Of a stretch of DNA of 23,551 nucleotides, positions 9,342 through 18,968 are shown piece by piece. Origin of the DNA: Candidatus Sericytochromatia bacterium. Its GTDB lineage: Bacteria; Cyanobacteriota; Sericytochromatia; S15B-MN24; JAQBPE01. Where the stretch lies: the NCBI GenBank assembly GCA_040400605.1, contig JBBAPZ010000018.1:1-23551 (forward strand), given 5' to 3'. Under the pieces are notes generated by a model. It ran no database searches, was not told the DNA's origin, and saw nothing but the letters and a program-made list of their open reading frames with translations. Both the position numbers and the translations under genes were made by a program. Each line of letters starts with the position of its first letter. Positions within the stretch are counted from its first letter, which is position 1.

Positions 9342-10742
9342 TTACTTCCCGAATTTGTTCAATTCTTTTTGCACGAGGTTGACGACGATATCATCAAGGC
9401 GGCCTTCGCGGTATTGATCCACCGTTGCCGATACGCTGCCGCCACCTGATTTCGAATCACCACCGCGGGTAACGAACATGTATTGGCCCATGGTCCATTG
9501 CGCGAGTTGGCGCATGACGTACTCGCCCTCCGCTTCCAGCCCCGAGGCGCCAATTGGAAACAGCTTGATGCCTTTCTCGGCAGCCTGGCGCATCGACATG
9601 GTGTAAGGCACTGCTTGGGGATAGTCTGTGTGGGGCACCGCATCGGCTACCAATACTGCCAATCGCAGTGCGTTTTCATTCTCGTTCCACTGTAACTTGT
9701 TCAGCACGACGGAAAGACCGGCTTCGAGATCCTCCGGCTTGTCCCCACCACCACTTGCTTCCAATTGGTTGAGGGCTTCCCTGAAGCTTGGGAGATCGCC
9801 GGTAAAATCCTTGTGTTTCGTGACGTAATCGTCGTCTTGGTCTCGATAAGCCACGAGGCCATAACGGACACCAGGTTTTTGCGGCAATTCTTGGATCCGT
9901 GTGGCAATTGCTCCCATCGTGGCTTGAAACTTGTTGATTTCGCCGCCCATTGACCCGGTGGTATCAAGCACGATGGCAAGATCCAGTTGGATTGAGTCCA
10001 GCTTCTGCGGTACATCCTGCAAGGTTATAACCCAATCCTTGTCTTTGCTGTCAAACGTTTTGCTTGTCTCGGCGGCGCCTCGTTTGACGGTTACTTGGTA
10101 GCTGGCAATTTGGGCTTGGGTGTCTGCGTGATACGAGGCGCGACCGTCGGCGTATGTGCGAAGGCGGGTGATGGGCTCTGATGACGTCAAGATGATACGC
10201 GATTGCAAACTGGGCGCGCTGGGTGCAACCGTCACCTCAGCGTTGGCGATCGCCTTGCCGTCCGCATCCACCACCTTGATGGTTCGCCGCCCCTCTACCG
10301 CCGCCTCGCGCGGTTTTTGCCCACGAAACGATTGCGATAGACGCTGCCTGAACTCATCCCGATACCGCAGATAACCCTCAAAGTCAGCATTGTCATCCAC
10401 CGAGCCTGCCTTTAACGCTCCCGCCTGCGCCTGAACCGCCTCAATACTGGTTTCACGCGGCGGCGAGGCGGGCATTGACCCTGCAGCTGGCATCGACGCA
10501 TCGATGGGCCGTCCTCCGTTTTTGCTGACAAGGTTCCCGCCACCATTTCCAATAAGCCCCGCAGCCACTTCGGTATCCGCCGCGCTTTCCACACGACCAG
10601 GTGCTGCCACCCGTGTCTGCGCGCCTGAACGCTCACCACTGGGCTGATTCGACAGGCTGGTAGCCACCGTCGTTGATAGTGGCGAACATCCCCCCAGCAC
10701 CAAACAAGCCAAAACACCACATTGAAGCTGCCTGCGTTGCAC
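9342..10742 (-). CDS. VWA-domain lipoprotein
   Basis: Lipobox LVLGG-C, MIDAS motif DTTGSM, VAYRD, GGGD.PED and LVADA.PH. A prealbumin/carboxypeptidase-regulatory-like segment (VVDADGKAIANAEVTV) lies before the VWA domain. Confidence 0.85.
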   Translation of the reverse strand: MQRRQLQCGVLACLVLGGCSPLSTTVATSLSNQPSGERSGAQTRVAAPGRVESAADTEVAAGLIGNGGGNLVSKNGGRPIDASMPAAGSMPASPPRETSIEAVQAQAGALKAGSVDDNADFEGYLRYRDEFRQRLSQSFRGQKPREAAVEGRRTIKVVDADGKAIANAEVTVAPSAPSLQSRIILTSSEPITRLRTYADGRASYHADTQAQIASYQVTVKRGAAETSKTFDSKDKDWVITLQDVPQKLDSIQLDLAIVLDTTGSMGGEINKFQATMGAIATRIQELPQKPGVRYGLVAYRDQDDDYVTKHKDFTGDLPSFREALNQLEASGGGDKPEDLEAGLSVVLNKLQWNENENALRLAVLVADAVPHTDYPQAVPYTMSMRQAAEKGIKLFPIGASGLEAEGEYVMRQLAQWTMGQYMFVTRGGDSKSGGGSVSATVDQYREGRLDDIVVNLVQKELNKFGK

Positions 10743-10816
10743 GATCGAACCTCTTTCTTAACTGAGCTCACAAGGGGTGTTTCGATGGCAGAAAAAACCA
10801 AGCGATAACTTGCTTA

Positions 10817-10860
10817 AGTTTGTATACTTTTATTGTATACAAACTGGAATTGTCTGTCAA
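10817..10860 (-). promoter_or_regulatory. Sigma70 promoter TTGACA-N17-TACAAT overlapped by an 11-bp inverted-repeat operator (GntR-like)
   Basis: Minus-strand -35 TTGACA at 10860-10855 and -10 TACAAT at 10837-10832. Inverted repeat AGTTTGTATAC-N7-GTATACAAACT at 10817-10845. Confidence 0.75.
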
Positions 10861-10939
10861 GGAAAGGTTTGACGCGCTGTCCATTCAATTCCCTGCTTGT
10901 GGTTTGAAACGCTGTCTCGAGTATCGGTTGGACGGGTAT

Positions 10940-11138
10940 CTGACAGTTTGTGGCAAAAAATTCCGAAAACCAAGTCATAGCATTAACTATGAAAAATTTT
11001 CGGTTCACAAAACGATCTGGCACGGTTTGTGGGCGAGGTGCCCTGAAACAAGGCTCCAAACGGTTTTTCAAGCACTTTGCTGATTTTATGGCGTGTCGAA
11101 CAATCGTTACAAGTGGCCAGAAACGACAGCATTGTCAG
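10940..11138 (+). repeat. Dispersed repeat family A copy
   Basis: 11004-11101 aligns with 14446-14542 (AAACGATCTGG, AGGTGCC, GAAACAAG, TCCAAACG, GTGTCGAAC). Bounded by CTGACA/TGTCAG. Confidence 0.65.
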
Positions 11139-11252
11139 GGTGTATGGCGATCGTCCGGCTCGATGTTGTCAGTGAAAACGACGGAATTGTAGACGCATCA
11201 AACATGATTTGGCTAACAAGTGATGGGTGTCCGTCACGGTTTTCAGGCGATG

Positions 11253-11663
11253 TTAACCGTCCGGGCAAGGGTTTGTGAGCGCCTGGGATTGCCACAAGGT
11301 GCTCATCAAGAAGCGCATGTGGAGGGTACCTTGCATCAATGCGGGGTTGTAATTGATAAAACCGTGTGTCAGGTATACTTCGCCTGGTGTGCAGGCGTAG
11401 AGCAGTTTGATTTCGCGATCACCCTTGCGGTGGTCGGTGGTGTGGATCAACCCGACCAGTCGTTTCGCTCCGCTTCCGACAAAAACATCAAGGCCCTCGT
11501 TGTCTTCGGCAACAGTGTCATTGATATAGCCGTAATCGATGGGATAGATGATTTCCGGAAAATGGGGGTGGGTGTGGCCATAGGGGCGATCGATCGTGAT
11601 GCCGTTAGCCGTGATGAGCGCTTCGTAGCGTTCCCAGTCGATGGATTCAAAATCGTTGGTCAT
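11253..11663 (-). CDS. Short inorganic pyrophosphatase-like protein
   Basis: IDRP.G..HP, YPIDYGYI..T and D.EGLDVFVG motifs of the family I PPase fold. Start moved to ATG 11663 to avoid overlap with the TlpA gene. Confidence 0.72.
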   Translation of the reverse strand: MTNDFESIDWERYEALITANGITIDRPYGHTHPHFPEIIYPIDYGYINDTVAEDNEGLDVFVGSGAKRLVGLIHTTDHRKGDREIKLLYACTPGEVYLTHGFINYNPALMQGTLHMRFLMSTLWQSQALTNPCPDG

Positions 11664-11772
11664 CGTTTGCTCGGCTCCGGCCCGAAAGCGTGAGAAAGGG
11701 TCGCCACGTTTGGGCGCTTGCTCATGTACTTGAGAAGGCGGATCGCGAAAGTGACGCGATCCGCCTGTGTCA

Positions 11773-12285
11773 TTACAACAGGGCTTTGATTTCTTTTTCG
11801 AAGACGGACATGTCGTGTCCGCCGATGAATTTGTTGACGATGCGCCCTTTGCGATCGATGACAAACGTGGTCGGAATGCCACGGATACCGCCATAGGCTT
11901 CGGCAGTATCCGGTCCTGCCATCAATGAGGTGTAATTGATGCCTTGTTCTTTGCCAAAGTCATCAACGACTTTGGCGCCGCCACGGTCAACCGACACCCC
12001 GATGACTTCAAGGCCTTTGCTCTTATACTTTTTTTGCAACGCGATGAAACCCGGAATTTCTTCGCGACAAGGCGGGCACCAAGTTGCCCAGAAGTCCAGA
12101 ATGATCACTTTGCCTTTGAAATCCGAAAGCTTCACAATCTTGCCGTCACTGGCTTGTGCCAACGCAAAGTCGGGGGCCATTTTGGCTTCGGTGGCTGGTT
12201 GGTCTTTTGCGAAGCCTGCGTGACTGAGGGTGGGGCTGATTAATAACGCTGCGCCCATCCAGGCGCTCAAGAGTGCTTTTTTCAT
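11773..12285 (-). CDS. TlpA/ResA-like thiol-disulfide oxidoreductase with signal peptide
   Basis: DFWATWCPPC, GIPTTFVIDR and signal peptide MKKALL...SHA. GAGG SD before ATG 12285. Confidence 0.92.
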   Translation of the reverse strand: MKKALLSAWMGAALLISPTLSHAGFAKDQPATEAKMAPDFALAQASDGKIVKLSDFKGKVIILDFWATWCPPCREEIPGFIALQKKYKSKGLEVIGVSVDRGGAKVVDDFGKEQGINYTSLMAGPDTAEAYGGIRGIPTTFVIDRKGRIVNKFIGGHDMSVFEKEIKALL

Positions 12286-12508
12286 GGTGGTTCCTCTCGT
12301 TGTTGCTGGGCGATCGCCCCGATAGCCTTTGTCCGTTTGTTTGATCCTGAAGCCTTGCGATTCATTATTCCCAAAGGGGAGCGCATTATGCAACGCGGAT
12401 GTTCGCCGTTTGCCACGGTTTTCGGTTTGACCCAACGAATAACTGTTTGAGGCGGTTTAGGCGCTTGTGTGATGTTTTCAGGGCGACAAGCACTTTGCGG
12501 GAGGCGGC

Positions 12509-14152
12509 ATGATGGCGCGGATGTGGTATCAAGACGCGGTGTTTTATGAAGTGTCATGTCGCAGTTTTTGCGATGGAAACGGTGATGGGGTGGGTGACCT
12601 GCAAGGGTTGATGAACCGGCTCGATCACCTCGTCGAACTCGGCGTGGACTGCCTGTGGCTGCTACCCATCTACCCATCGCCCTTGCGGGATGATGGGTAC
12701 GACGTGAGTGATTTTTGTGCCATTCACCCGGATCTTGGCACCATGGATGACTTCAAGGCTTTGCTTGCGGCGTGCAAGGCACGTGGTTTGCGTGTCATTA
12801 TTGACCTCGTTCTCAACCACACCTCGTGTGATCACCCGTGGTTTCAAGCTGCTCGCGAAGGTCCCGAAAACCCTTATCATCATTATTATGTCTGGCGAGA
12901 CGATGCCCGCAGTTACGCGGATGCACGCATCATCTTCACCGATACCGAAGATTCCAACTGGACCTATGACGCCCAATGCGGACGCTATTACTGGCACCGC
13001 TTTTTTCGTTCTCAACCCGATTTAAACTTCGATAACCCAGCGGTCCACGAAGCGATGCTCAGAGTTGTCGCTTTCTGGATGGACCTCGGCGTCGACGGTT
13101 TCCGTGTTGATGCCGTGCCCTACCTGTATGAACGTGAGGGCACCAATTGCGAAAATCTCCCCGAAACCATCGCTTTTGTCAAAAAAATGAGACGGTTCCT
13201 GGATACCTGTTACCCACAGGCCATCTTGCTCGGTGAGGTCAATCAATGGCCACAAGACGTGTTGCCCTACTTCGGGGCGGGCGACGGTTTTCACATGAAT
13301 TTTCATTTTCCTTTGATGCCGCGCCTGTTTTTGGCACTTGCGAGGGGCGATCGCACCCCGATTGTCACTATCCTCGAACAAACCCCCACACTCCCACCCG
13401 GATGTCAATGGGCCACATTTTTGCGCAACCACGATGAGTTAACCCTCGAAATGGTCAATGACACCGAACGCCAGGAACTGCTTCGGCACTACGCGCCGGA
13501 ACCTGGTATGCGACTCAATGTCGGCATCCGCAGACGCCTTTTTCCACTGCTTGACAATCACCTCGACAAAGTGTGCCTCGCCTACGGTCTCCTGTTCAGC
13601 TTGGGCGGCTCGCCTGTGCTTTACTACGGCGACGAAATCGGCATGGGGGATGACTGGCATCTGCCGGATCGCCACGGCGTCCGCACCGCCATGCAATGGG
13701 ATGGCTCGCTGCACGCCGGATTCTCAAACAACCCATCATCCACCTTGCCGACACCCGTGCTCGACAAACCTGGCCCCTTTCATTATTTGGCCTGTAATCT
13801 GGCCGCAAAACGTGCTGAACCCGACTCCATCTACCACCGCCTGCGCCGGATGCTCGCGCTTAGGGCACGCAACAAATCGCTGGCCTCAGGTACTTTGTGC
13901 TGGGTTCATCCAAAACCGCTAGACCTTCTCGCGTTTGTCAAAACACTGGGGGATGAACGGATTCTGGTGTTAGCGAATTTGACTGCCCATGCCAAGTTTT
14001 GCGAACTGCCGCTGGAAGCCTGGCAAGGCTGCACCCCTGTCGTTCTGGGCGAGGAGACGGCTTTTCCTGTGATCACTGAAAAACCCTACCCGCTCAACCT
14101 CGCGCCTTACCAACTGTTGTGGCTGCAACTGCTTCCTGTCAGTGTGAGCTGA
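12509..14152 (+). CDS. treS: Trehalose synthase (maltose alpha-D-glucosyltransferase, GH13)
   Basis: WYQDAVFYE, SPLRDDGYD, ARIIFTDTE.SNW, FRVDAVPYL, GEVNQW and FLRNHDELTLEMV. GGAGG SD upstream. Confidence 0.93.
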   Translation: MMARMWYQDAVFYEVSCRSFCDGNGDGVGDLQGLMNRLDHLVELGVDCLWLLPIYPSPLRDDGYDVSDFCAIHPDLGTMDDFKALLAACKARGLRVIIDLVLNHTSCDHPWFQAAREGPENPYHHYYVWRDDARSYADARIIFTDTEDSNWTYDAQCGRYYWHRFFRSQPDLNFDNPAVHEAMLRVVAFWMDLGVDGFRVDAVPYLYEREGTNCENLPETIAFVKKMRRFLDTCYPQAILLGEVNQWPQDVLPYFGAGDGFHMNFHFPLMPRLFLALARGDRTPIVTILEQTPTLPPGCQWATFLRNHDELTLEMVNDTERQELLRHYAPEPGMRLNVGIRRRLFPLLDNHLDKVCLAYGLLFSLGGSPVLYYGDEIGMGDDWHLPDRHGVRTAMQWDGSLHAGFSNNPSSTLPTPVLDKPGPFHYLACNLAAKRAEPDSIYHRLRRMLALRARNKSLASGTLCWVHPKPLDLLAFVKTLGDERILVLANLTAHAKFCELPLEAWQGCTPVVLGEETAFPVITEKPYPLNLAPYQLLWLQLLPVSVS

Positions 14153-14254
14153 GTCTTGAGGACGTCTTCTTCGGCACAAACTCGTCGTTAGCGAAGCGAT
14201 GCCTGGCCAAGCTCAGCCATGCTGACGCTTTCACGGATAATCGAGCATTCGCGA

Positions 14255-14542
14255 AAAAACCTGAAAATCGAGTCATAATCCTATCGAACAACAAATATTC
14301 GCCCCACGAAAACAACCATCAATTTCACCGATCGGACGCTCATCATTCAGAACACGACGCAAGGGTAAGCAGACCGATTTCGGGTGTTGCGTGCGGCGTG
14401 GTCACGACGAATATTTAACGAACAATCAGTCAATCTGCTGGTTGCTTCACGAAACGATCTGGACCATTTTGCTTGTCAGGTGCCTCGAAACAAGCATCCA
14501 AACGATGTTTCAGGCATGTTCTGATTGGATGGGGTGTCGAAC
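14255..14542 (+). repeat. Dispersed repeat family A copy, interrupted by a family B MITE
   Basis: 14255-14312 resembles 10955-11012 and 14445-14542 resembles 11004-11101. Confidence 0.6.
14313..14444 (+). mobile_element. 132-bp MITE (family B) with 9-bp TIRs and a degenerate ~11-bp TSD
   Basis: Ends CAACCATCA...TGCTGGTTG, flanks CCCCACGAAAA and CTTCACGAAAC. Highly similar to the reverse complement of 19619-19749. Confidence 0.75.
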
Positions 14543-14556
14543 CAACATGCTATCCA

Positions 14557-15624
14557 TTAAAAAATCCGGCTTGCATCAAGTTGTCGGTATTGCAGGTCTT
14601 GCTCTTGAATCCAGCGGATCGCCACATTTTCAAGCCAAAAGCGATCCTCCCACGCTTGGCTGTGTGGTTGGTATCCCGCCACGTAACCAACATGTCCGCC
14701 CTGCTGTGTCACGATGGTTTCAATGGTGGTATCACGATGGATTTGATTCAAAAATTCTCGCTGTTTGGCGATGGGTACGAACGGATCGTCGCTTGCTGTT
14801 ACAAACAAAGTTGGTGTCTTGATGCGATTCAAATGGGGACCAGGGCTTGCCGCACGGTAATAGGCGTCGGCATCGTCGAAGCCTGTTAACTTTGCGGTGA
14901 TGGCGTTATCAAAGTCGTAAACGGTGTGAATGGTCTGGAATTGTTTCAGCAGCGGGCGGTGGCGTTCGCCGCCCTTACCGCGATTCACGAAGCGTCGGAT
15001 TGTCTGCTTTAACAACCACACGAAGCGTGCATCGTAAAATCGGTTGCGTAACAGTAACAAGGATTGAGATGTTGCGCCAAAATTTAAGGGTGCACTGACA
15101 CACACAGCCCCGGCAACCGGTGGCAAATCTTGCCCACGTGCCAGTGCATTGAGCACGACCGCGCCACCAAGCGATAAACCCGTGAGGTAGATGCGACGAT
15201 ATCCGGCTTGATACGCAAACCGCATCACGTCGACCACATCTTGATACCCCACCCCCGAGGTGATGCCGCAGCCGAGATCCTCCGAGCCGCCTGCGCCACG
15301 CCAGTTTACCCGCAAACTATGAAACCCGGCCGCGTGTGCTTTGTAACTCAGGCCCTTGAGTGTGGCAGAATCTGCATGCGAACCCAAGCCGTGAAAGTGA
15401 ATGATCAACGGACGCTCCAACTGCTCATCTTCCGGCTTGGGATGCAAACAGGCGAGCAAGTGATCACCATCAGCGAGCGGCACGTGTACCCTTTGTCTCA
15501 TCTGCCACCAGAGACTGTTGACACGTGTCGGCCTGGGCCAAACCTCAGGCAGAATGGTCTGCCAGTCCCCTTGTGCCAAAACTCGTATCGGCTGGAATGA
15601 ATAAGCAGTCGTCATTAGCTTCAT
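14557..15624 (-). CDS. YheT-like alpha/beta hydrolase
   Basis: HGLGS oxyanion region, nucleophile GLSLG, ASDDPFV acid, GGHVG His and FD...TA...GF.DA..YY. Confidence 0.88.
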   Translation of the reverse strand: MKLMTTAYSFQPIRVLAQGDWQTILPEVWPRPTRVNSLWWQMRQRVHVPLADGDHLLACLHPKPEDEQLERPLIIHFHGLGSHADSATLKGLSYKAHAAGFHSLRVNWRGAGGSEDLGCGITSGVGYQDVVDVMRFAYQAGYRRIYLTGLSLGGAVVLNALARGQDLPPVAGAVCVSAPLNFGATSQSLLLLRNRFYDARFVWLLKQTIRRFVNRGKGGERHRPLLKQFQTIHTVYDFDNAITAKLTGFDDADAYYRAASPGPHLNRIKTPTLFVTASDDPFVPIAKQREFLNQIHRDTTIETIVTQQGGHVGYVAGYQPHSQAWEDRFWLENVAIRWIQEQDLQYRQLDASRIF

Positions 15625-15882
15625 TCAACCACGCACACAACCCTGATTAAAAGCCGTCAACTGAATAATCGCCCGTGAACGATTAGGCGGCAATCCCTGT
15701 GATTTTGGATGTTGGTCTGGCGTCACAATGGTGCACTGAACATCACACACGACGCAAAAACTGATGTTACGCGTGACGTCTGGGCCATTTGCCGTTGGAA
15801 TACAGTGCGTGGCGCTTGGTGCCATTCGCCGGTGATCCGGCGACGTCACTGCACCGGTTTGACCAAGCGAGTGTCAGGCTGT

Positions 15883-16590
15883 TTAACGCCGCGCATCGTG
15901 TATGGTTGGGCGTAGCTGCACACGGGCTTTTTTTTGGGCCATTTTGATGCCGTCTTTGTAGCGGCGCCAGTCGAAGTTGTCGGCTGGGTCGCGACGATAC
16001 TGGGGATAGTGGGTAATCATTCGATGCCCGACGATGCGATCCAGCGAGATAGGATGGGTCGCCAGCAATGCGCAGGTCAGATGAATCAAACTACGGTATT
16101 GCGCATCGGTAAACGGGTCGCGTCCAGTTTGAGCGTTCACCAATTCAATGCCGATTGAAAAATCATTGACCTTGCTTCGTCCCGCAAAGGTACTCGGCCC
16201 GGCATGCCAAGCCCGGCGTGAATCTTGAACGCATTGGATGATCTCCCCAGCTTTACCGATGATGTAGTGGGCACTTGCATTGGCGCGTGGGTTGCAGAAA
16301 TGATTGGCAATGGTGGCTGCGCGACTGACCCCAGGGGTTTCGGTGTCGTGAATGACCAAGGTATCGATGGGGGTACCGGCTGGGCGTGCATCGTGATTGG
16401 GCGATCGCACCTGAATCACGGGCACGGCGATGAGCGACAACGCTATCGGCTGAGGCGTCACCGACGCTGCTACTTCAGGCGGGCGCCAACCGGACCAACC
16501 ACCCAATACAGGGCTTAAAAGCAAAACGCCCAATAACGGTTTTAAGGATCTACGTGTCTGCCAGGATGCGTGGTCATCACGTTTGTTCAT
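15883..16590 (-). CDS. N-acetylmuramoyl-L-alanine amidase (Amidase_2, AmpD-like), probably exported
   Basis: SPNHDARP, LVIHDT, SAHYII, RAWHAG, NDFSIGIE, GH and DP..NFDW. N-terminal TRRSL followed by a hydrophobic stretch. The start is uncertain. Confidence 0.88.
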   Translation of the reverse strand: MNKRDDHASWQTRRSLKPLLGVLLLSPVLGGWSGWRPPEVAASVTPQPIALSLIAVPVIQVRSPNHDARPAGTPIDTLVIHDTETPGVSRAATIANHFCNPRANASAHYIIGKAGEIIQCVQDSRRAWHAGPSTFAGRSKVNDFSIGIELVNAQTGRDPFTDAQYRSLIHLTCALLATHPISLDRIVGHRMITHYPQYRRDPADNFDWRRYKDGIKMAQKKARVQLRPTIHDARR

Positions 16591-16861
16591 GCTTGGCTTG
16601 TACCCGCTTCCATTGACCTTCAACCAGCTTATCAACCAGGGCTTGACAGGCTCCGGGTGATAAGCTTCGGGCGTTGAAACGCAGGGCCTGACAGGCATCG
16701 GGATGACCAATGGCAGTCAATCAACCATCGACTATACAGAAACGCGTTGATTGGTGATCAATATTTTGGCTGTTGTTCAAAAACAGCTGGTTAGTCCGTG
16801 ATATTTTGAGTTTGCTACATGGTTTTGAACAAAAATCCAAGCGTCACTGTATCAAGTGTGT

Positions 16862-18655
16862 TCAAGGCGTTTCAGGTCTGTCCTGACGTATTGCAGGGGT
16901 GTGGGATGTGGCTTGAGGCAGACTTGACGGCCGTTGGGGCTGGTTGATGCGACGCGGTTCTGTCTGATTTTTGGCGCGTGGTGTGGTTGTGGGCGTTGTG
17001 AGGGGCAGTGTGACGCGAGGGCTTTCGTTGCCGTGGCGATCCACCGCGGCGATCGCCACGGCGCTGGCTGCCGGATCCAGCGTTTGGCGCCGATTGGCAC
17101 CCGGCAAGACTGTGAGCGTCCAATCATCCTTGATTTTTTGGTAAACACTCCATTGCCATGGTGCTTCTTTATCGCCAGGTTCCCATTCAATCTGTCGCTT
17201 GCCATTCCCGTCCGGTTGACCCAGGCTGACAACGGGCTTGGCTGGTGGCACTGCGTCAAGCCAAGGACTGGTTGGCATCAGGACATCGTTTGCGTACGTG
17301 GTGCCAGCCAGTTTGTCTTTGAGATTATCGTTGTTGCGAAGCAAGGCTTGCATTGAAAAGTGGGCGTGTCCCACCGCACCCTTGTCTTGGCGGGTTAACT
17401 CAATCTGACGCTGTATTTGATCGGCGCGCCAACCATTCGCGGCCGCGCCTGGCTCCGCCTGTTGCACTGGCAACTCCTTCGTGCCACCCCCTGGGCCGAT
17501 CACCGACAACAGTCCCACCAAGCGCGCAAAAAAATTACCCACCTGTGATTGGGTTTCTTTTGTCCCTTGTGCACCCAACGCACGTACCTGACTGGTATAC
17601 AAACCGGCAACCACCTGACGATTTTGCGTGTTTTGCTCGCCCCACCACTTCAACAATACCGGAAAACTCTGAGCCTTCTGCTCGATCGGCCAATATAACT
17701 GCGGCACGATATAATCCATCCACCCTTTTTGCAACCATAGGCGTGGATCCGCATACAAACTCTCGACAGAATCCAAACCCTGAATGCCTGGCGGATTACC
17801 GGGCCGCCAAATCCCAAACGGACTGATACCCACCTTCAAGTCCGGCTTGATGCCATGAACCTCACGGTACAATCGCTCAACAAAACGATTGACGTTCTCC
17901 CTGCGCCAGTCGGCAATCGCCAACTTGCCACCACCCGCTCGATACGCCTGATAACTGGCCTGATCGGGAAAGGGTACATCCTTTCCATTTGCATCCCGCA
18001 CCGGATACGGATAAAAATAATCATCCAGATGCACCGCATCAATGCCATACCGTTTGACGACATCCAGGATGATTTTCATCGCATAATCCTGAACCCCCGC
18101 TTCACCCGGATCCATCCACAACGAATTGCCATAACGTTTCACCCACTCCGGATTCGTTCGACTCACATGATTCGCCGCAGCCGGCGAGGCCTGACCATTA
18201 CTGTCCAACAACCGCGCCCTGAACGGATTGAACCACGCATGCAATTCAATCCCGCGCTTGTGCGCCTCAGCCACCGCAAACGCCAACGGATCATAAAAAG
18301 GCTCGGGTGCCTGCCCCATCTTGCCACTCAACGCCTCACTCCACGGCTCAAAAGGCGACGCATACAACGCATCGCCTTCCGGTCGTACCTGTAAAATCAC
18401 TGCATTAAGCTTCAACTGCGCCGCCGTATCGAGCAGCTTGCGCAACTCTGCCTGCTGCTGCGCCACACTCAAGCCCGACCGCGACGGCCAATCAATGTTG
18501 CGAACCGACGCAACCCACGCACCACGAAACTCGCGCGGCGGCGGCGGCGGACCGTCGACCGGTTCCGGCGTTTCCGCACGCACCGTTGCTTCTGCTCCCC
18601 GCGTAACCGGCTTCGTCGCCAGAACTTGTGGCGTAAATGATGACGCAACCCGCAC
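16862..18655 (-). CDS. GHL10 family glycoside hydrolase (YddW/DigH-like) with C-terminal Fn3-like domain
   Basis: REFRGAWVASV.NIDWPS, LQVRP, HAWFNPFR, HLDDYFYPY, GISPFGIW, DYIVPQLYW and C-terminal AVDRHGNES. AAGGAG SD before GTG 18655. Confidence 0.9.
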   Translation of the reverse strand: MRVASSFTPQVLATKPVTRGAEATVRAETPEPVDGPPPPPREFRGAWVASVRNIDWPSRSGLSVAQQQAELRKLLDTAAQLKLNAVILQVRPEGDALYASPFEPWSEALSGKMGQAPEPFYDPLAFAVAEAHKRGIELHAWFNPFRARLLDSNGQASPAAANHVSRTNPEWVKRYGNSLWMDPGEAGVQDYAMKIILDVVKRYGIDAVHLDDYFYPYPVRDANGKDVPFPDQASYQAYRAGGGKLAIADWRRENVNRFVERLYREVHGIKPDLKVGISPFGIWRPGNPPGIQGLDSVESLYADPRLWLQKGWMDYIVPQLYWPIEQKAQSFPVLLKWWGEQNTQNRQVVAGLYTSQVRALGAQGTKETQSQVGNFFARLVGLLSVIGPGGGTKELPVQQAEPGAAANGWRADQIQRQIELTRQDKGAVGHAHFSMQALLRNNDNLKDKLAGTTYANDVLMPTSPWLDAVPPAKPVVSLGQPDGNGKRQIEWEPGDKEAPWQWSVYQKIKDDWTLTVLPGANRRQTLDPAASAVAIAAVDRHGNESPRVTLPLTTPTTTPRAKNQTEPRRINQPQRPSSLPQATSHTPAIRQDRPETP

Positions 18656-18968
18656 ATGCTCTCCTTCGATACATTGCAAGGAAAATCTCGATACATTCTT
18701 ATCCTGGTGAAAACCCTCAGCAGTTTTATATTTTAATTAAGCTATGAATAATTTTATATTAATAACTCGCGGTAGGAATGGCGCAGCAAGTACAGCGTGC
18801 GTGTTAAAACAGCGAATGATTGACCATGACAGCAGGCCCAAACCAATACCTGTCACACGGTTCAAATACCTGCTTTTTTTAACCATAATTTAAAGTAAGT
18901 TTGTACTATATCTGTCTAATCTTAACTTTAGAGACTATTTCTTCACCAAACGTTAGGAGTCGATACCA

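Noticed and set aside
11018..11033. Possible sigma54 promoter starting TGGCAC
   Set aside because: It lacks the -12 TTGC and lies inside a dispersed repeat.
14391..14889. Plus-strand ORFs of 138-143 aa after treS
   Set aside because: They begin in repeat DNA and run antisense into the YheT-like gene.
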